From: Candidatus Aramenus sp. CH1
Lineage (GTDB): Archaea > Thermoproteota > Thermoprotei_A > Sulfolobales > Sulfolobaceae
Direction of reading: 5' to 3'
Length of the DNA: 64,000 nt
Assembly: GCA_022678445.1 (NCBI GenBank)
Contig: JALBWU010000008.1
Location: 13,076 to 77,075 of the forward strand
Below are positions 19,369-30,649 of the stretch, one piece after another. The stretch's first letter is position 1. Each line of letters starts with the position of its first letter. The notes below the pieces were generated by a model. It ran no database searches. It was not told where the DNA came from and worked only from the letters and a program-made list of their open reading frames with translations. The position numbers and the translations under genes were made by a program.

Positions 19369-20272
19369 ATGATTCAGATAGAACACGTATCCAAGACGTT
19401 CGGCAGGTTCAAAGCTCTAGATGACGTGACCTTTGAAGTTCCGGATGGGCAAATAACAGCCTACGTTGGCCTAAACGGAGCTGGGAAAACAACTACCATG
19501 AGGATAGTTGCTGGGGTAATTTACCCAGATTCCGGAGACGTTAAAGTAGAAGGGCATAGCGTCGTAAGGGAAAAGGTAGAGGCCTCTAAAAACTTGGCTT
19601 GGGTTCCAGAGTTTCCAATTTTCGAGATGGAAATGAAGGCAATTGATTATTTCGTTTACATTGCTGGCTACATGGGGTACTCCAACTTCAGAAGCCAAAA
19701 AGTTAGGAAAAGAGCTCTTGGCTGAAGTTGGATTAGAGGGAATGGAAAACAGAAAGCTCAAGGACTATTCGCAAGGTATGAAGAAGAGATTTGCCTTAGC
19801 CCTTTTAATGATTTCTAACCCAAAGAACTACCTCTTTGACGAAGTTTTAAATGGTCTAGACCCTCAAGGAATAATGTTCTTTAGGGATTTGGCGTTAAAG
19901 CTGAAGAAGGAAGGAAAAGCTGTCCTCTTTTCTTCCCACATACTTTCTGAGGTTGAAAACCTCACAGACAAGGTTGTTTTCATCCACAAGGGAAGGATAG
20001 TTAGGGTAATGAGCATGGACGAGATAAGGAAATCCGCTACACCTAGCCTCTTTATAAGAGTAGAAAATCCAGACAAGGAATTGGTTGACGTTCTCTCAAG
20101 TTACGGTAGCGTTGAACAAAACGGTAACTTAATCTTTGTGAGGAACTTCAAGGGGGATGTAGCTGAAGTCAACTCTAAGCTGTCCCAGAAATACAAGTTA
20201 ATGGAAATAAGGACTGAGTACGCCTCTCTAGAACAAGTGTTCTTCCAGATCATTCAAGGTGAGCAAGAATGA
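19369..20272 (+). pseudogene. ABC transporter ATP-binding protein with +1 frameshift
   Basis: GLNGAGKTT in one frame; YSQGMKKR, LFDEVLNGLD and SSH in another; one extra base near 19684. Confidence 0.85.
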
Positions 20273-21775
20273 GGCCCCTTTTTACACGATTTTAAGAGGT
20301 CATTTCTTAGACTTTCAACCCTGCTGTTATTAGCGCTGTTCATATTAGCAGGCGTGGGTTTAACTACACTAGTTAGCTCTAACCTTAGCTCTTTGACTCC
20401 CTTTAAGTACTCGTACATAGGCTACGCGGTTATTAACGGCACTGATCTACAAATAGCAGGACTTGGAATAGGTACTTCAGGAAACCCGCAGCAGGGATTA
20501 AATGTGACGCTAGGAGTTAGCATTGGTAATGAAATAAAGTACTTCTCCACTATTACAAACTCCTCTGGTATGTTCGCACTAAAGGTAGAAGGAGCCTTGG
20601 CCCCTAACGTTACTTTACAGTTTTCAGAAGCTAACGGTAAGAAGGGGGAAATAATATTGATTAACCCAAACCAGGATTCTATTCCTTTGATTCAGGCAGC
20701 GTGGAACACAACCTTTGAATATGCTTCCCCATACACTCTATGTTCTAGTTATAACACTCCAAGCTTCGCTAATTACGAACTCCCTAGCCAAATTTCCGGG
20801 ATACCGGTGACATATTATCCCAACGGAACGTTAAAGGTGTTCGTAGCCTCTACAGTCTCAGGAAAACTTTACTATAACGTTACGGCTTCGAGTCCTAACA
20901 ATGCTGGCACAAGTGGTTCGGCTCAATCACTCCAGGAGTCAAAATACGCGGGTTACCTTACCCATGGAACACATGTTATCTTACTAGACGTAGGAAAGCT
21001 CGAAAATTTCCCTCCAACGCTCTACGAGCTAAAGCTCAATTTAACTAGTAGTAACCATCAAAATTCAGTAGAAATACCCTTCAATACCGAGTCTAGAGCG
21101 TTTTCCTTGAGTTCACAAGGAATTATAGACCAATTATCAGCGGGAACTTTTGCTACGTTTTTCCCTATAATATTTCTTTATTTGGGTTATGGGCTATTAG
21201 CTAAACCTAAGGATCAAGGAGCTTTGGACTTCCTTCTTTCTAGGCCAGTAACTAGAGGAAGTGTATTTGTGAGTAGATACTTGGGAGGAGTTATGACGGC
21301 AATTGTTAGCTCGGCTTTGTTTGTTCTATCATTGTCAATACCTACAATAGCGTTATTAGGCGTGCCAGTACCAGCACTTGACGCTTTATTATTATTTATG
21401 GGCCTTACGTCAAGCCTAACAGCGTTTTATTCCATTATGGTTATGATAGCGAGCCTAACAAAAAGCTCTGGAAAGTACTTAGGGATCGCCCTCTTTACGT
21501 TTTTCTTCTTCCTCTTTATAGAAACACTAATAGCCACCATCCTACTGCTTAAGGGAATAAACTTTGTTAGTTATCTTCCATACTTGAATTATAATTTACC
21601 GTTGGACACTGTAACCAATGCTATTTCCTCGTCTAGTGGTACGTCTCAATTCTACGCTAACGTGCCACTAGAGATAGTTGGTTCAATATTGTGGATAGCA
21701 GTGCCAACAATGATAGCATACTTAGCCTTTACGGAGTACTTTAAGTGGAGAAAACTAGTTTCAAGCTCAAGATAA
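20269..21775 (+). pseudogene. ABC-2 type permease with +1 frameshift near the start
   Basis: ATG at 20269 overlaps the ATPase stop (ATGA); MRPL then LHDFKRSFLR in the next frame across T5 at 20279-20283; LLSRPVTRGSVFVSRYLG motif. Confidence 0.8.
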
Positions 21776-21806
21776 ACCTTTTTTTATTACTTACTTTTTG
21801 TAAGAT

Positions 21807-23276
21807 GTGAAGTTCCTCAGAGAGTCAACAGGATTGATAAGGGAAATGGGTCCTCTAGACGCTTTTGCCCTTAACTTCTCTTTCATAGGCCCAGCTGCTG
21901 GAATTTCTTACCCTCTTTTCGTTGCCTCATTTTTGCCCGGAGCCAATTGGATTCTAGCGCTATTAATTGGAGCTCTTCTTTCCCTACCTCTTCTCTTCAA
22001 CTACTATTTCCTTTCGCTAAAGTTACCTAGATCTTCTTCTGACTACATTTTCGTTTCAAGGACTTTAGGAGGCATGATGGGAGTAATTTTGGCTATGTCA
22101 TTAATAGTTTCTTTTGCCATGGGTTTCCCAGTTCTGGCTGAGCTTGAAGTTATCATGGTTCTATCCCCAACAATGCAGTTGTTGGGCTATTCCCTTCGCG
22201 ATCCTAACTTAATTTTCATAGGAAATGAATTGACAGACAACGTGAACTACTTAACCTTGGCAACGACGTTGATTATAATTATAGCTTTCCTCATTAGCTC
22301 AAACTCAAAGTGGTTCTTCAAGACATTTAGGTACCTAACTTTCCTGCAAATTATTGGCACTATTGTAATGGTTCTTGGCATGGTAGCCCTAAAATCGGCG
22401 TTTTCGCCCTATTATCAACCGTCGCCTCCTAAGTTTAGTTTCACCGAAACCTTCCTCCTCTCTTCTGTCTTTGTGCTATCCATGTACGCCTTCGTTAACG
22501 CTCCTGCTTTCTTTGCAGGAGAAGCTAGAAAGCCAAGGAAAAGCTTTGCTTTAGGTTACTTTGCCTCCTACGCTGTTGCTACCGCCTTCTCCTTGGCATT
22601 AATCTTGGCTTTGGAGTACAGCATTGGCGTAGGAGGTTTCATTTCTGTCTCTACCGAGAGATGGAACTTGCCTATCTCAACTTCCTCCCTTCTATCCTTT
22701 GGTTCACTTCCTTTCCTTGATAGCTTGCCTTTACTCCTTTTAGTTATTGCGTCTGGTCTCACGTGGTATTTGCTTTACGCTATGATAAACGTTGGCGCCT
22801 CCTCTAGGTTCCTTTTTTCTTTAGCTTTTGACAGGGTACTCCCCTCCTTCTTGGGAGAAATAAAAAGGGGAATTCCAGTCAACGCGTTAATCTTCTCCCT
22901 TTCGCTTTCCCTATTCTTTGAGCTCATAGAGGTTTACTTGGGCTACTCTGTCAGCTTCGCTGTTGACGGGCTTTGGTTCCTGACGTGGAACTATCTCCTA
23001 GTGTCGTTGGCCTCTGCCATCACCGTGAGGAAGGACTTAAAGCTGGGCGTCTCCGGCCTTCTGTCCAGCGTCTCACTCGCCTTAACCGCCTTTATTGCAG
23101 TATTCTACGGGTTAAAGTACGCCAACGTTATCTTCTCTGGGGACGTGTACTTTGACTTATTAACTATTGTCATACCTCCCCTAGCCGGTTTGACTACCTA
23201 CTTGACAGCCAAGCGTGTGAGAAAGGTGCAGGGAATAGACCTTGACTCGACGTTCAGGGAGATACCGCCTGAGTAG
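21807..23276 (+). CDS. APC family amino acid permease
   Basis: FLRESTGLIRE, PRSSSDYIFVSR, SRFLFSLAFDRVLP, FREIPPE terminus. Confidence 0.85.
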   Translation: MKFLRESTGLIREMGPLDAFALNFSFIGPAAGISYPLFVASFLPGANWILALLIGALLSLPLLFNYYFLSLKLPRSSSDYIFVSRTLGGMMGVILAMSLIVSFAMGFPVLAELEVIMVLSPTMQLLGYSLRDPNLIFIGNELTDNVNYLTLATTLIIIIAFLISSNSKWFFKTFRYLTFLQIIGTIVMVLGMVALKSAFSPYYQPSPPKFSFTETFLLSSVFVLSMYAFVNAPAFFAGEARKPRKSFALGYFASYAVATAFSLALILALEYSIGVGGFISVSTERWNLPISTSSLLSFGSLPFLDSLPLLLLVIASGLTWYLLYAMINVGASSRFLFSLAFDRVLPSFLGEIKRGIPVNALIFSLSLSLFFELIEVYLGYSVSFAVDGLWFLTWNYLLVSLASAITVRKDLKLGVSGLLSSVSLALTAFIAVFYGLKYANVIFSGDVYFDLLTIVIPPLAGLTTYLTAKRVRKVQGIDLDSTFREIPPE

Positions 23277-23287
23277 TGCGCGTGAGG

Positions 23288-24001
23288 CTATTTTAACTCG
23301 GTCATCAACCTCGCTACGACGCTCTCTATTGACTCGTCCTCCCTGCCCATTGCCTTCAACTGCTGTATAGATCCCTGCCACACCAAGGAGCCATTGGATA
23401 TCATAAGCACGTAATCGGTGAGTCTGAGGGCTATGGACATTATGTGGGTGGAAATGAGGAATGTGGAGTCCATTTTCTTGAGCAGTGAGATCACCATCTC
23501 TTGCGTTGGGATGTCTAAGTAATTGAGGGGCTCGTCAAGTAGGAGGACCTTGGGGTTGTGCATTATTGCCAAGGCTATTGCCAACTTCTGCTGGTTTCCC
23601 CTTGATAACTTGCCCGCTAAGACCCCCTGGTACTGCTCCAGCCCCAGTAAGTGTGTCATCCTCTCCGCTACCTCCCTTGGATTTTCAAGTTCCCTTAAGG
23701 TGGCTATGTACTCGAGGTTCTCCCTAACCGTCAAGTTCCTGTAAGGCATGGGGTCCTCAGGCAAGTAGCCCAAGAGCCTCTTTGCCCCTGTGGAGTCTGG
23801 GGGATAGCCCATGACCTTGACCTCCCCTACGTCCGGTTTCATTAATCCTGAGAGTATCTTCATTGTTGTAGACTTCCCGGCACCGTTAGGCCCTAAGAGC
23901 GCGTACTTCCCCCCACAGGGCACAGTAAAGCTCAAGTTATTTAAAGCCAAGAAGCTACCGTAACGCTTCACAACGTTTCTCGCTTCAATACAATACTCCA
24001 T
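23288..24001 (-). CDS. ABC transporter ATP-binding protein
   Basis: [25 protein letters not shown] motifs. Confidence 0.9.
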   Translation of the reverse strand: MEYCIEARNVVKRYGSFLALNNLSFTVPCGGKYALLGPNGAGKSTTMKILSGLMKPDVGEVKVMGYPPDSTGAKRLLGYLPEDPMPYRNLTVRENLEYIATLRELENPREVAERMTHLLGLEQYQGVLAGKLSRGNQQKLAIALAIMHNPKVLLLDEPLNYLDIPTQEMVISLLKKMDSTFLISTHIMSIALRLTDYVLMISNGSLVWQGSIQQLKAMGREDESIESVVARLMTELK

Positions 24002-24101
24002 CAGAGAATAAGTTGATAGGTAGCTTAAATCCATTTTCAAAGCAGTTCAAAACTAAAGGTCATACAAAAACGCTTATTAGGGCCATGAGGAAAAGTAGTT
24101 C

Positions 24102-25085
24102 ACGCTTACCATACACGCAGTCACCCATAACAAGTGGGACAACTCCCTGAAGCCAATAGCCTCAGTGAAGGACGGAGAAGTCATAGAAGTGGAGACTAAG
24201 GAAGCCTCAGACGGTCAGATATCACCTTCCTCTACTGTAGAGGACTTGAGGGGGCTGAACTTCGACCTTATCCACCCCCTCACTGGGCCAATAGAGGTTG
24301 AGGGGGCTGAGCCTGGCGACGCAGTGGAGGTTGAGTTCCTCGAGTTCAAGGACATGGGCTGGGGCTGGACTGCGGTGATCCCGGGCTTCGGCTTCTTGGC
24401 CCAGAATTCCTATACTGCCCCCATCGACTTGAGCGGACCGGGGCTCAAGATATGGAAGAGCGACGGAGAACACTCCAAAGCAACCTTCGGCAAAATACAC
24501 GTAAAGGTGAGGAACTACCCTTTCCCTGGCGTAATAGGTACGGCTTTGAGGGCGCCAGGGAGGTGGAGCACAATTCCCCCAAGGGAGAACGGGGGAAACA
24601 TGGACGTAAAGCACTTAACCGTGGGCTCCAGAGTGATCTTGCCAGTTTTCAAGAGAGGGGCCCTGCTTTCAATAGGCGACACCCACCTTGCCCAGGGCGA
24701 TGGAGAAGTGTGCGGTAGCGCAATAGAGGCACCGCTGACTGTTAAGCTTAGGGTAAGGCTCATTAAGGACGCCAGCATATCCCAGCCTATCTTCTACTTC
24801 TCCAAGGTAAAGGAGATGGACTATGAGGAGTACTTGGCATATCCAGGCATGTAGCCGGACTTATGGGAGGCTAGCAAAATAGCCGTCAAGGGCATCATCT
24901 CTATCCTCTCTAGGTACATGACGCCTTTGGAGGCTTATATGTTGTCCAGCGTGATTTTAGACTTGAAGGTAAGCCAAGTTGTAGACGTGCCAAACTGGAT
25001 CGTGACTGCCTACTTCCCCCTGGACGTGATAGAGGAGAGGGAAGTAAGGGAAGAACTGAGGGCGCTAGACAAAGTTGTTAGATAG
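24102..25085 (+). pseudogene. Acetamidase/formamidase family gene with ACG at the leaderless start position and an internal TAG
   Basis: [ACG]LTIHAVTHNKWDNS, HPLTGPI, GGNMD, GDTHLAQGDGEV; TAG at 24852-24854, then the conserved EAYML..DLKVSQVVD tail continues in frame to 25085. Confidence 0.8.
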
Positions 25086-26468
25086 CATTTTTTCCTGTGC
25101 TTTCTCCCAGAACTTCTTCCAGAAAAAGAAAGGTAACCCTAACCCCATTTGGATGAGGAAAGAAACTACGCCGATGTAAAGCTGAGCGCTTGGATCGATT
25201 GACACGGCAAACAGCGAGAAGTAGTCCAAGAGCAGCGGGGGCGCCAAAAGCAGGGGTATTAAGAACTGGATCGCTGAGAACCTCACTACTGGGGCGTTCT
25301 CGTCCTTGATCTGGATTGGGTTCAAGCTGGCTATAACGGATGCAATATAGACGTAAATGAAAGGCATTCCACTCACTAAGAATGCCACAGTATAGTCCCC
25401 CAGCAACGCGTTGACAGCTGAAAAAGAAGCCAACGCAATCTCCAGGGAGATTGTCCTACTTAGCATATAGTACCTAGCGTATCTCAGGGGGCCAAGGATT
25501 CCGAAACTCAACCAGAGAGGCTCGAACATGAAGGATGACTGAGCAACGATTAGCATTCCGTACATGAGCAAAAAGGTTAACCAAAAGGTTAACCCGGAGA
25601 AGATGTGGTCGTTAAGAGCTCCGTCACTGCTTAGATGGACAACTATTAGGTAGTAAACTACAGAGGCTGAAGTAAAAGCTATCAGTAGGTACTTTACGTT
25701 TATCCGGAATGTCTTAAAGGTCGAGATCCCCATGTAGTTTACCCTAGTCCCGAGCTCAAGGAAGGATAGGCTCCTCTTCAGCACTGCGACGAAAGGAGTA
25801 CCGGAGGAAAAGGATATCTCCTTTACCTTGGAGCTCTGAGTCTGTCCCTGTACTGAGAGGAGCTTTATTTCGTCCAAGTTCTTGACCGAGAGAAACACAA
25901 ACAGGACAGTGAGCAAAGCGAGTAAGGCGTAGGCAAAGGTGTAGCCTATAAACATGGAGAACGGAGAGAACGGGAAACCAAAGAGGGGAGAGAGGAACCA
26001 CACCCCAATTATCGTAGCGATCAAGAGCCTCTTCCTGAGCTTCAAGGTGGCCAGTGCCATGGACATGGAGGGGGTAAGGAGGACCAGAGCTACTAACACA
26101 GCTACTCCCGCTGGGCCCAACGCGTCCACTGCAAACACGCTGAAGTAGAGGGAGGCAAGGCTGTTGGCCACTATGGAGACCAAGTAAAGGCCTACTAGTA
26201 TCTCCTTTCTGTCAAGGGGGAGGAGAAAGAGGAAGTCTACGTCGGACTTGGTGAGGAAAACTCCTGACAATAAGGAGGAAACCACGACCGGGACTGTTAG
26301 AAGGCACACTGTATAGCTCAAAGGTACTTGAGCACCATGTGTTGCTCCAATTATCAAAAAATAATAGGAGATAATGAGTAGTAAGGACAAGGCCAGGAAG
26401 GGCTTTGTAAACCTGCTGAAGAGGAGCAGCTTAAAGAGCACGACCTTTCTGCGTAGGCTAACACTCAT
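25065..26468 (-). CDS. Multi-pass membrane protein, probable ABC permease
   Basis: Many TM helices, KSDVDFLFLLPL motif; same strand as the ABC ATPase at 23288-24001. Confidence 0.7.
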   Translation of the reverse strand: MSVSLRRKVVLFKLLLFSRFTKPFLALSLLLIISYYFLIIGATHGAQVPLSYTVCLLTVPVVVSSLLSGVFLTKSDVDFLFLLPLDRKEILVGLYLVSIVANSLASLYFSVFAVDALGPAGVAVLVALVLLTPSMSMALATLKLRKRLLIATIIGVWFLSPLFGFPFSPFSMFIGYTFAYALLALLTVLFVFLSVKNLDEIKLLSVQGQTQSSKVKEISFSSGTPFVAVLKRSLSFLELGTRVNYMGISTFKTFRINVKYLLIAFTSASVVYYLIVVHLSSDGALNDHIFSGLTFWLTFLLMYGMLIVAQSSFMFEPLWLSFGILGPLRYARYYMLSRTISLEIALASFSAVNALLGDYTVAFLVSGMPFIYVYIASVIASLNPIQIKDENAPVVRFSAIQFLIPLLLAPPLLLDYFSLFAVSIDPSAQLYIGVVSFLIQMGLGLPFFFWKKFWEKAQEKMLSNNFV

Positions 26469-26509
26469 AAAATAAGTTTTGGGAATGCATATAATAAAAA
26501 TCCCGAGTT

Positions 26510-28099
26510 TCACTCAGGCGGTATCTCTTTGAACACTAGACCTATGTCTATGCCCTTCGACGCGTTTAATCTCTTGGAGATTGAGTAAATGAGGGCCCCT
26601 CCCCCATATATTACCCCTAGAGAAGCCAGCGTTGGCACGTTAATTGGTAACAGGACAGGGTTGTTGAAGGTTACGGCAAGCGCGTACATCAGGAAAGCGA
26701 AGACCCCGAAGCCCACCCAGCTTATTATTGGGACACCCATGATTCTCCTCTTGAAGGGTACTGAGGTTGAGAACATGTCCTTCTTTAGGAAGGGCATTAG
26801 CGCGGTGGAAATGGCGAAGACTGCGTAACCTATCTCGAACACTACGGTCACGTCCACGGTCTCTATCACTTGGAGGTAGGCATACATTAGGACACCTATT
26901 ATGCCCACTGCAGTGATGACAGCAGTGGCCTTGAGGGGAACGTGTAGTCTATCATTAACGTCGGCGAGCCACGCTGGGGCTACCCTATCGAAGGACCAAG
27001 CGAAAAGGTACCTAGTCAACGCTATGACGAGTGGGGGGTTGCTGTAGAAGTTGGGCAACCACAATGCCAGGAACGAGATGAAGTAGAGGACGACGTTGTG
27101 GTTAACCATGAGAACGAAGAAGGGTATAAAGGGGCCTATGGACGAGAGGGAGTTGTAAACTGGGTCGTTTACGCCGTTGGCGGAGATGTAGGACCACGCC
27201 GTCAAGAACTCGTTTCCAAACGCGTCCAACGAAAGCTGGGTGAACATCACGTAGTACAGAGCTATGAGGACTATTGAGACCACTATGGAGTACATGACGT
27301 TTTTCCTCACGCTCTTCATTTCCCCAGACCAAGAAGCAGGGAGGTTGTACCACGTGAAGTAGTACCACACCACTGGGATGCCCAGGAGGGCCCCAGCTAT
27401 TGGGTTAGACACGAAGCTGAGGCCATTGCTCACGGCGTCCTTTATGACCTCGTTGTAGGCGTCGTTCATCCCGGTAAAGGAGGAGAGAGCGTGAGCGAAG
27501 GAGGAGGGACTAATGGTAGCTAAGGTTGCGAATAGGACCACGGTGGATAGGACGCTTACGATTCCGGAGACAAGGACAAATTTCCAAGCTAGTCTGTTGG
27601 AGAAGGCCAAGAGCGAACTTATCACGACAACGACAACTCCCACTATTACGCTCCCGTTTGTGGAGCCGAAGAAGTTGCCCAAGTTGAGGAGCGCTTGGTT
27701 GTTGTAGTAGAGTCCTAGCCCGGAGAAGAGATAGGAGAACCAACTGGCTGCGTAGTAGCTGTAGAGCCCTAGGGACAAGGCGAAGGCCACGAAGAGGCCG
27801 AAGTAGTTTACGAAACCTACCCAGGGGCTGCTCGCCCTGCTGTTGAAGACATAGTCCCCTCCAGCCCTAGGCATGGACACGCCAGACACGTAGAATAGGA
27901 ACGCGGAACCAAGGGCGGGGATGAGGGTGACTAAAAAAGAGAGCGTCCAATTTATCCCGGGGTCAAGGTAAAGCCACTCAATTATGAGTATCGGTATCCC
28001 CCCGGTAACGAGGGCCCAAGACGCCAGCAAGGAAGACCAAGGGCTTACTTCCCTTACTAGGCCGGAGCTCTCCCTTAAGAACACCTTTTTTGTCTCCAT
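26510..28099 (-). CDS. APC family amino acid permease
   Basis: [38 protein letters not shown] terminus. Confidence 0.88.
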   Translation of the reverse strand: METKKVFLRESSGLVREVSPWSSLLASWALVTGGIPILIIEWLYLDPGINWTLSFLVTLIPALGSAFLFYVSGVSMPRAGGDYVFNSRASSPWVGFVNYFGLFVAFALSLGLYSYYAASWFSYLFSGLGLYYNNQALLNLGNFFGSTNGSVIVGVVVVVISSLLAFSNRLAWKFVLVSGIVSVLSTVVLFATLATISPSSFAHALSSFTGMNDAYNEVIKDAVSNGLSFVSNPIAGALLGIPVVWYYFTWYNLPASWSGEMKSVRKNVMYSIVVSIVLIALYYVMFTQLSLDAFGNEFLTAWSYISANGVNDPVYNSLSSIGPFIPFFVLMVNHNVVLYFISFLALWLPNFYSNPPLVIALTRYLFAWSFDRVAPAWLADVNDRLHVPLKATAVITAVGIIGVLMYAYLQVIETVDVTVVFEIGYAVFAISTALMPFLKKDMFSTSVPFKRRIMGVPIISWVGFGVFAFLMYALAVTFNNPVLLPINVPTLASLGVIYGGGALIYSISKRLNASKGIDIGLVFKEIPPE

Positions 28100-28453
28100 T
28101 TCCGCTTACCCGTTTTGTCAGGGGAATAATAAGCTTAATAATACATGAGTTAATATAGCGTTAAAAAATGATTTTGGAAAAATATAAAGTGTAAACAGAC
28201 TCACTCATAAACTATAATTGAGCTGAAAATCGTTTAGAAACCTAGTAAAGATCATAACGAAAAATGTAGGGAAAACCTACCTGAAACCCGCAGTTTACTT
28301 TAAAGATTTTCATATTAGCCGGTGTTACTAAAGATATTTTTTTCATATAAAGTGATATTTCTGCGTTTAATACTGTGGCCTGATTTTAACAAGAAATACG
28401 TTTTTACTTATTTTGGAAAATGTTTAAATAAAAAGGCCACGAGGTGGGAATTG

Positions 28454-29425
28454 ATGATCGTCCGCCACAACGAGTTAAGGGGACTGCTCACCGACATCCT
28501 GGAGAAGAGGGAGGTAGAGTGCAGTGACGTAATTGCAGACCACTTCATCGAGGCGGAGCTGAGGGGCCACTCCTCCCACGGCGTCCAGAGGATAATACCC
28601 TTAGTAAAGGGGATAGAGCTCGGCACCATAAGGAGGGGCCTGGAGTTCGAGGTAGTCAAGGAGAGCAACTCTTCCATCTTGATCGACAGTAAGCACAGCG
28701 TGGGAATCTCGCTCTGGAGCTTACTCATCGAAAAGGAGTTCGACTCCCCGGTGGCAGCCATAGCCGTGAGAAACGCTTCCCACGTGGGTTACCTAGGTTA
28801 CTACACCGAAAGGCTTGCGAGGAAGGGAAAGGTAGCTATAATGCTAGGGAATGCGGAGCCAGCCGTGACGAGGCCCAGCGGGACCCCTACAAAGGTGCTC
28901 TCCACGACGCCCTTTAGCGTTGCCATACCCTCTGACCCTCCGGTAGTGCTTGACATGGCCCTCTCCGCTATAGCTAGGGGGAAGATCGTGGAGGCGCTTA
29001 GGAAAGGCGAGGTGATACCCCACGGCGTCGCTGTCGACTCAGAGGGAAAAGTGACCACTAACCCACAAAGGGCCTTAGAAGGTGCACTTTTACCCTTAGG
29101 TGGGGAGAAGGGGTTCTACCTCATGCTCACTCTGGAGCTCTTAGTGGCGTTCTTGACAGGGTCTGCAGTGGGGCCCCAAGTGAGGGGGGTGCTGAACACT
29201 GAGCAGCCTCCAAACAAGGGGGAGGTGATGATAGTCATCGACCCAAAGTACTTCGAGTCAAATGACGGCGCCATAGAGTACATGAAGGTGGTTGTCGGAG
29301 GGCTCTTCCCAGGGGAGCACGGGAGGAAGATCAGAGAGGAGAGGCTAAAGAGCGGTATCGAGCTGGACGAAAAACTCTTCTCCACCCTCTTGGGCATGAG
29401 AGAAAGGGTGCCGTACTTTAAGTGA
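28454..29425 (+). CDS. Ldh_2 family (type 2 malate/L-lactate dehydrogenase-like) oxidoreductase
   Basis: AELRGHSSHG, ASHVG, VLDMALS, LLPLGGEKG, PGE motifs; GAGGTG SD at 28441. Confidence 0.85.
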   Translation: MIVRHNELRGLLTDILEKREVECSDVIADHFIEAELRGHSSHGVQRIIPLVKGIELGTIRRGLEFEVVKESNSSILIDSKHSVGISLWSLLIEKEFDSPVAAIAVRNASHVGYLGYYTERLARKGKVAIMLGNAEPAVTRPSGTPTKVLSTTPFSVAIPSDPPVVLDMALSAIARGKIVEALRKGEVIPHGVAVDSEGKVTTNPQRALEGALLPLGGEKGFYLMLTLELLVAFLTGSAVGPQVRGVLNTEQPPNKGEVMIVIDPKYFESNDGAIEYMKVVVGGLFPGEHGRKIREERLKSGIELDEKLFSTLLGMRERVPYFK

Positions 29426-30026
29426 AACCTGCGTGAGACAACTTCCTCTTTATCTCCTCCAGCACCTTCCTTCGGAGCTCGTCCACCTTCTCCCAGTCGA
29501 CCTTCTTCTCTGCTTTTAAGCACTTGACGCTGTAGAGGTACAAGTCCCTCATGTTGCCTAGCTCCCTGGATACGTCCCTTAACGTGGGAGAGTACTGCCC
29601 TAGGCTCTCAAGGAGGAACCTCGACTCCCTTATCCTCTTCCTCACTTCGTGGAAGTCTTCCTCCACCTCCAGTGCCAAAGCGTTGGCCTTTACCCTCCTC
29701 GCCACCAAAAGCCTCGAGCCGTACATCCTGGGAAGCTCATACTTAGCCATCTTGCCGAACTGCGAGACCACCTTCCTAGCCAAGTAGTCCCTCTTGTCCC
29801 TGTCCAAGCACGTCAACACGTCCATGTCCCTCACTTCCCCCAGCTTCCTCAGTATAGACCTAGCCACTAGGACTGCCTCTGCCCTTGAATGGAGGAGGTA
29901 AGTGGCCTTGGCTACGACGAGGTACCTCCTCAGTTCCACCCTTGCGTCGTGTATTGCCTTTTCCGAGGTGGAGCTTATCGACAGGAACTTATGTAGGTGC
30001 AGGTTGGCATAGTCCTCAGGCCTCAA
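29418..30026 (-). CDS. CHAD domain protein (polyphosphate-binding family)
   Basis: Two repeats IHDARVELRR..LGEVRDMDV and FHEVRKRIRESR..LGNMRDLY; last gene of the ppx operon. Confidence 0.8.
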   Translation of the reverse strand: MRPEDYANLHLHKFLSISSTSEKAIHDARVELRRYLVVAKATYLLHSRAEAVLVARSILRKLGEVRDMDVLTCLDRDKRDYLARKVVSQFGKMAKYELPRMYGSRLLVARRVKANALALEVEEDFHEVRKRIRESRFLLESLGQYSPTLRDVSRELGNMRDLYLYSVKCLKAEKKVDWEKVDELRRKVLEEIKRKLSHAGFT

Positions 30027-30649
30027 GTGCTTAATACCCCTTTAACCAGCGACCTTATCCTCTCGTTGACCTCCCTGACGTTTCCCCTGGTCACTATGAC
30101 GTCCCTCGACAGCCTCTTCAAGTGCTTCTGGAACTCAATAACGTACTTCCTGTACGACGTGAAGATCTCCTCGTTGACGCATAGGTCCACGCTCTCGCTA
30201 AGTGGGTCGAGGAACCCCTTCTTCCTTATTATTCTCCTCATTACCTCCATGGAGGGCGACACCAGGGAGACGCTGACGTCAGCCTTGGGGAGGACTGAGA
30301 GGACTCCCTCGATCCACTCCCTCTCCAGCTTCCTCGTTATCCCCCAAGCCTCTAGCGTGAGCAGGTAGCCGTCGGCTATGGCGATGAAGCCCGACTCCAG
30401 CGCGGGCTTAACCACGTTCTCCACTTGGTCGGCCAAGTCGGTGACGTAAGCGAGGAAGAGGGTCCTCCTCTGGAATACTATGTCCTTCTTCACCTTGGCT
30501 ATTGCCTCCGCCATGAGCTTTGACGACTGTATCCCAAAGGTGACTACGCCGTAGCCCTCCTCCTCTAGGTACTCCTTTAGGCTCTGGACGTGGGTTGTCT
30601 TCCCAGAGCTCTCCACCCCCTCAATGGCTATTATCTTCCCCCTTCCCAT
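30023..30649 (-). CDS. Thymidylate-kinase-like protein (PPK3-type subunit)
   Basis: [14 protein letters not shown]-loop, ADGY in place of DRY; coupled in the ppx operon. Confidence 0.8.
   Translation of the reverse strand: MGRGKIIAIEGVESSGKTTHVQSLKEYLEEEGYGVVTFGIQSSKLMAEAIAKVKKDIVFQRRTLFLAYVTDLADQVENVVKPALESGFIAIADGYLLTLEAWGITRKLEREWIEGVLSVLPKADVSVSLVSPSMEVMRRIIRKKGFLDPLSESVDLCVNEEIFTSYRKYVIEFQKHLKRLSRDVIVTRGNVREVNERIRSLVKGVLST

Noticed and set aside
21805-21810. ATG-TGA minimal ORF overlapping the GTG start of the APC permease
   Set aside because: It cannot be distinguished from chance or a simple GTG start without expression data
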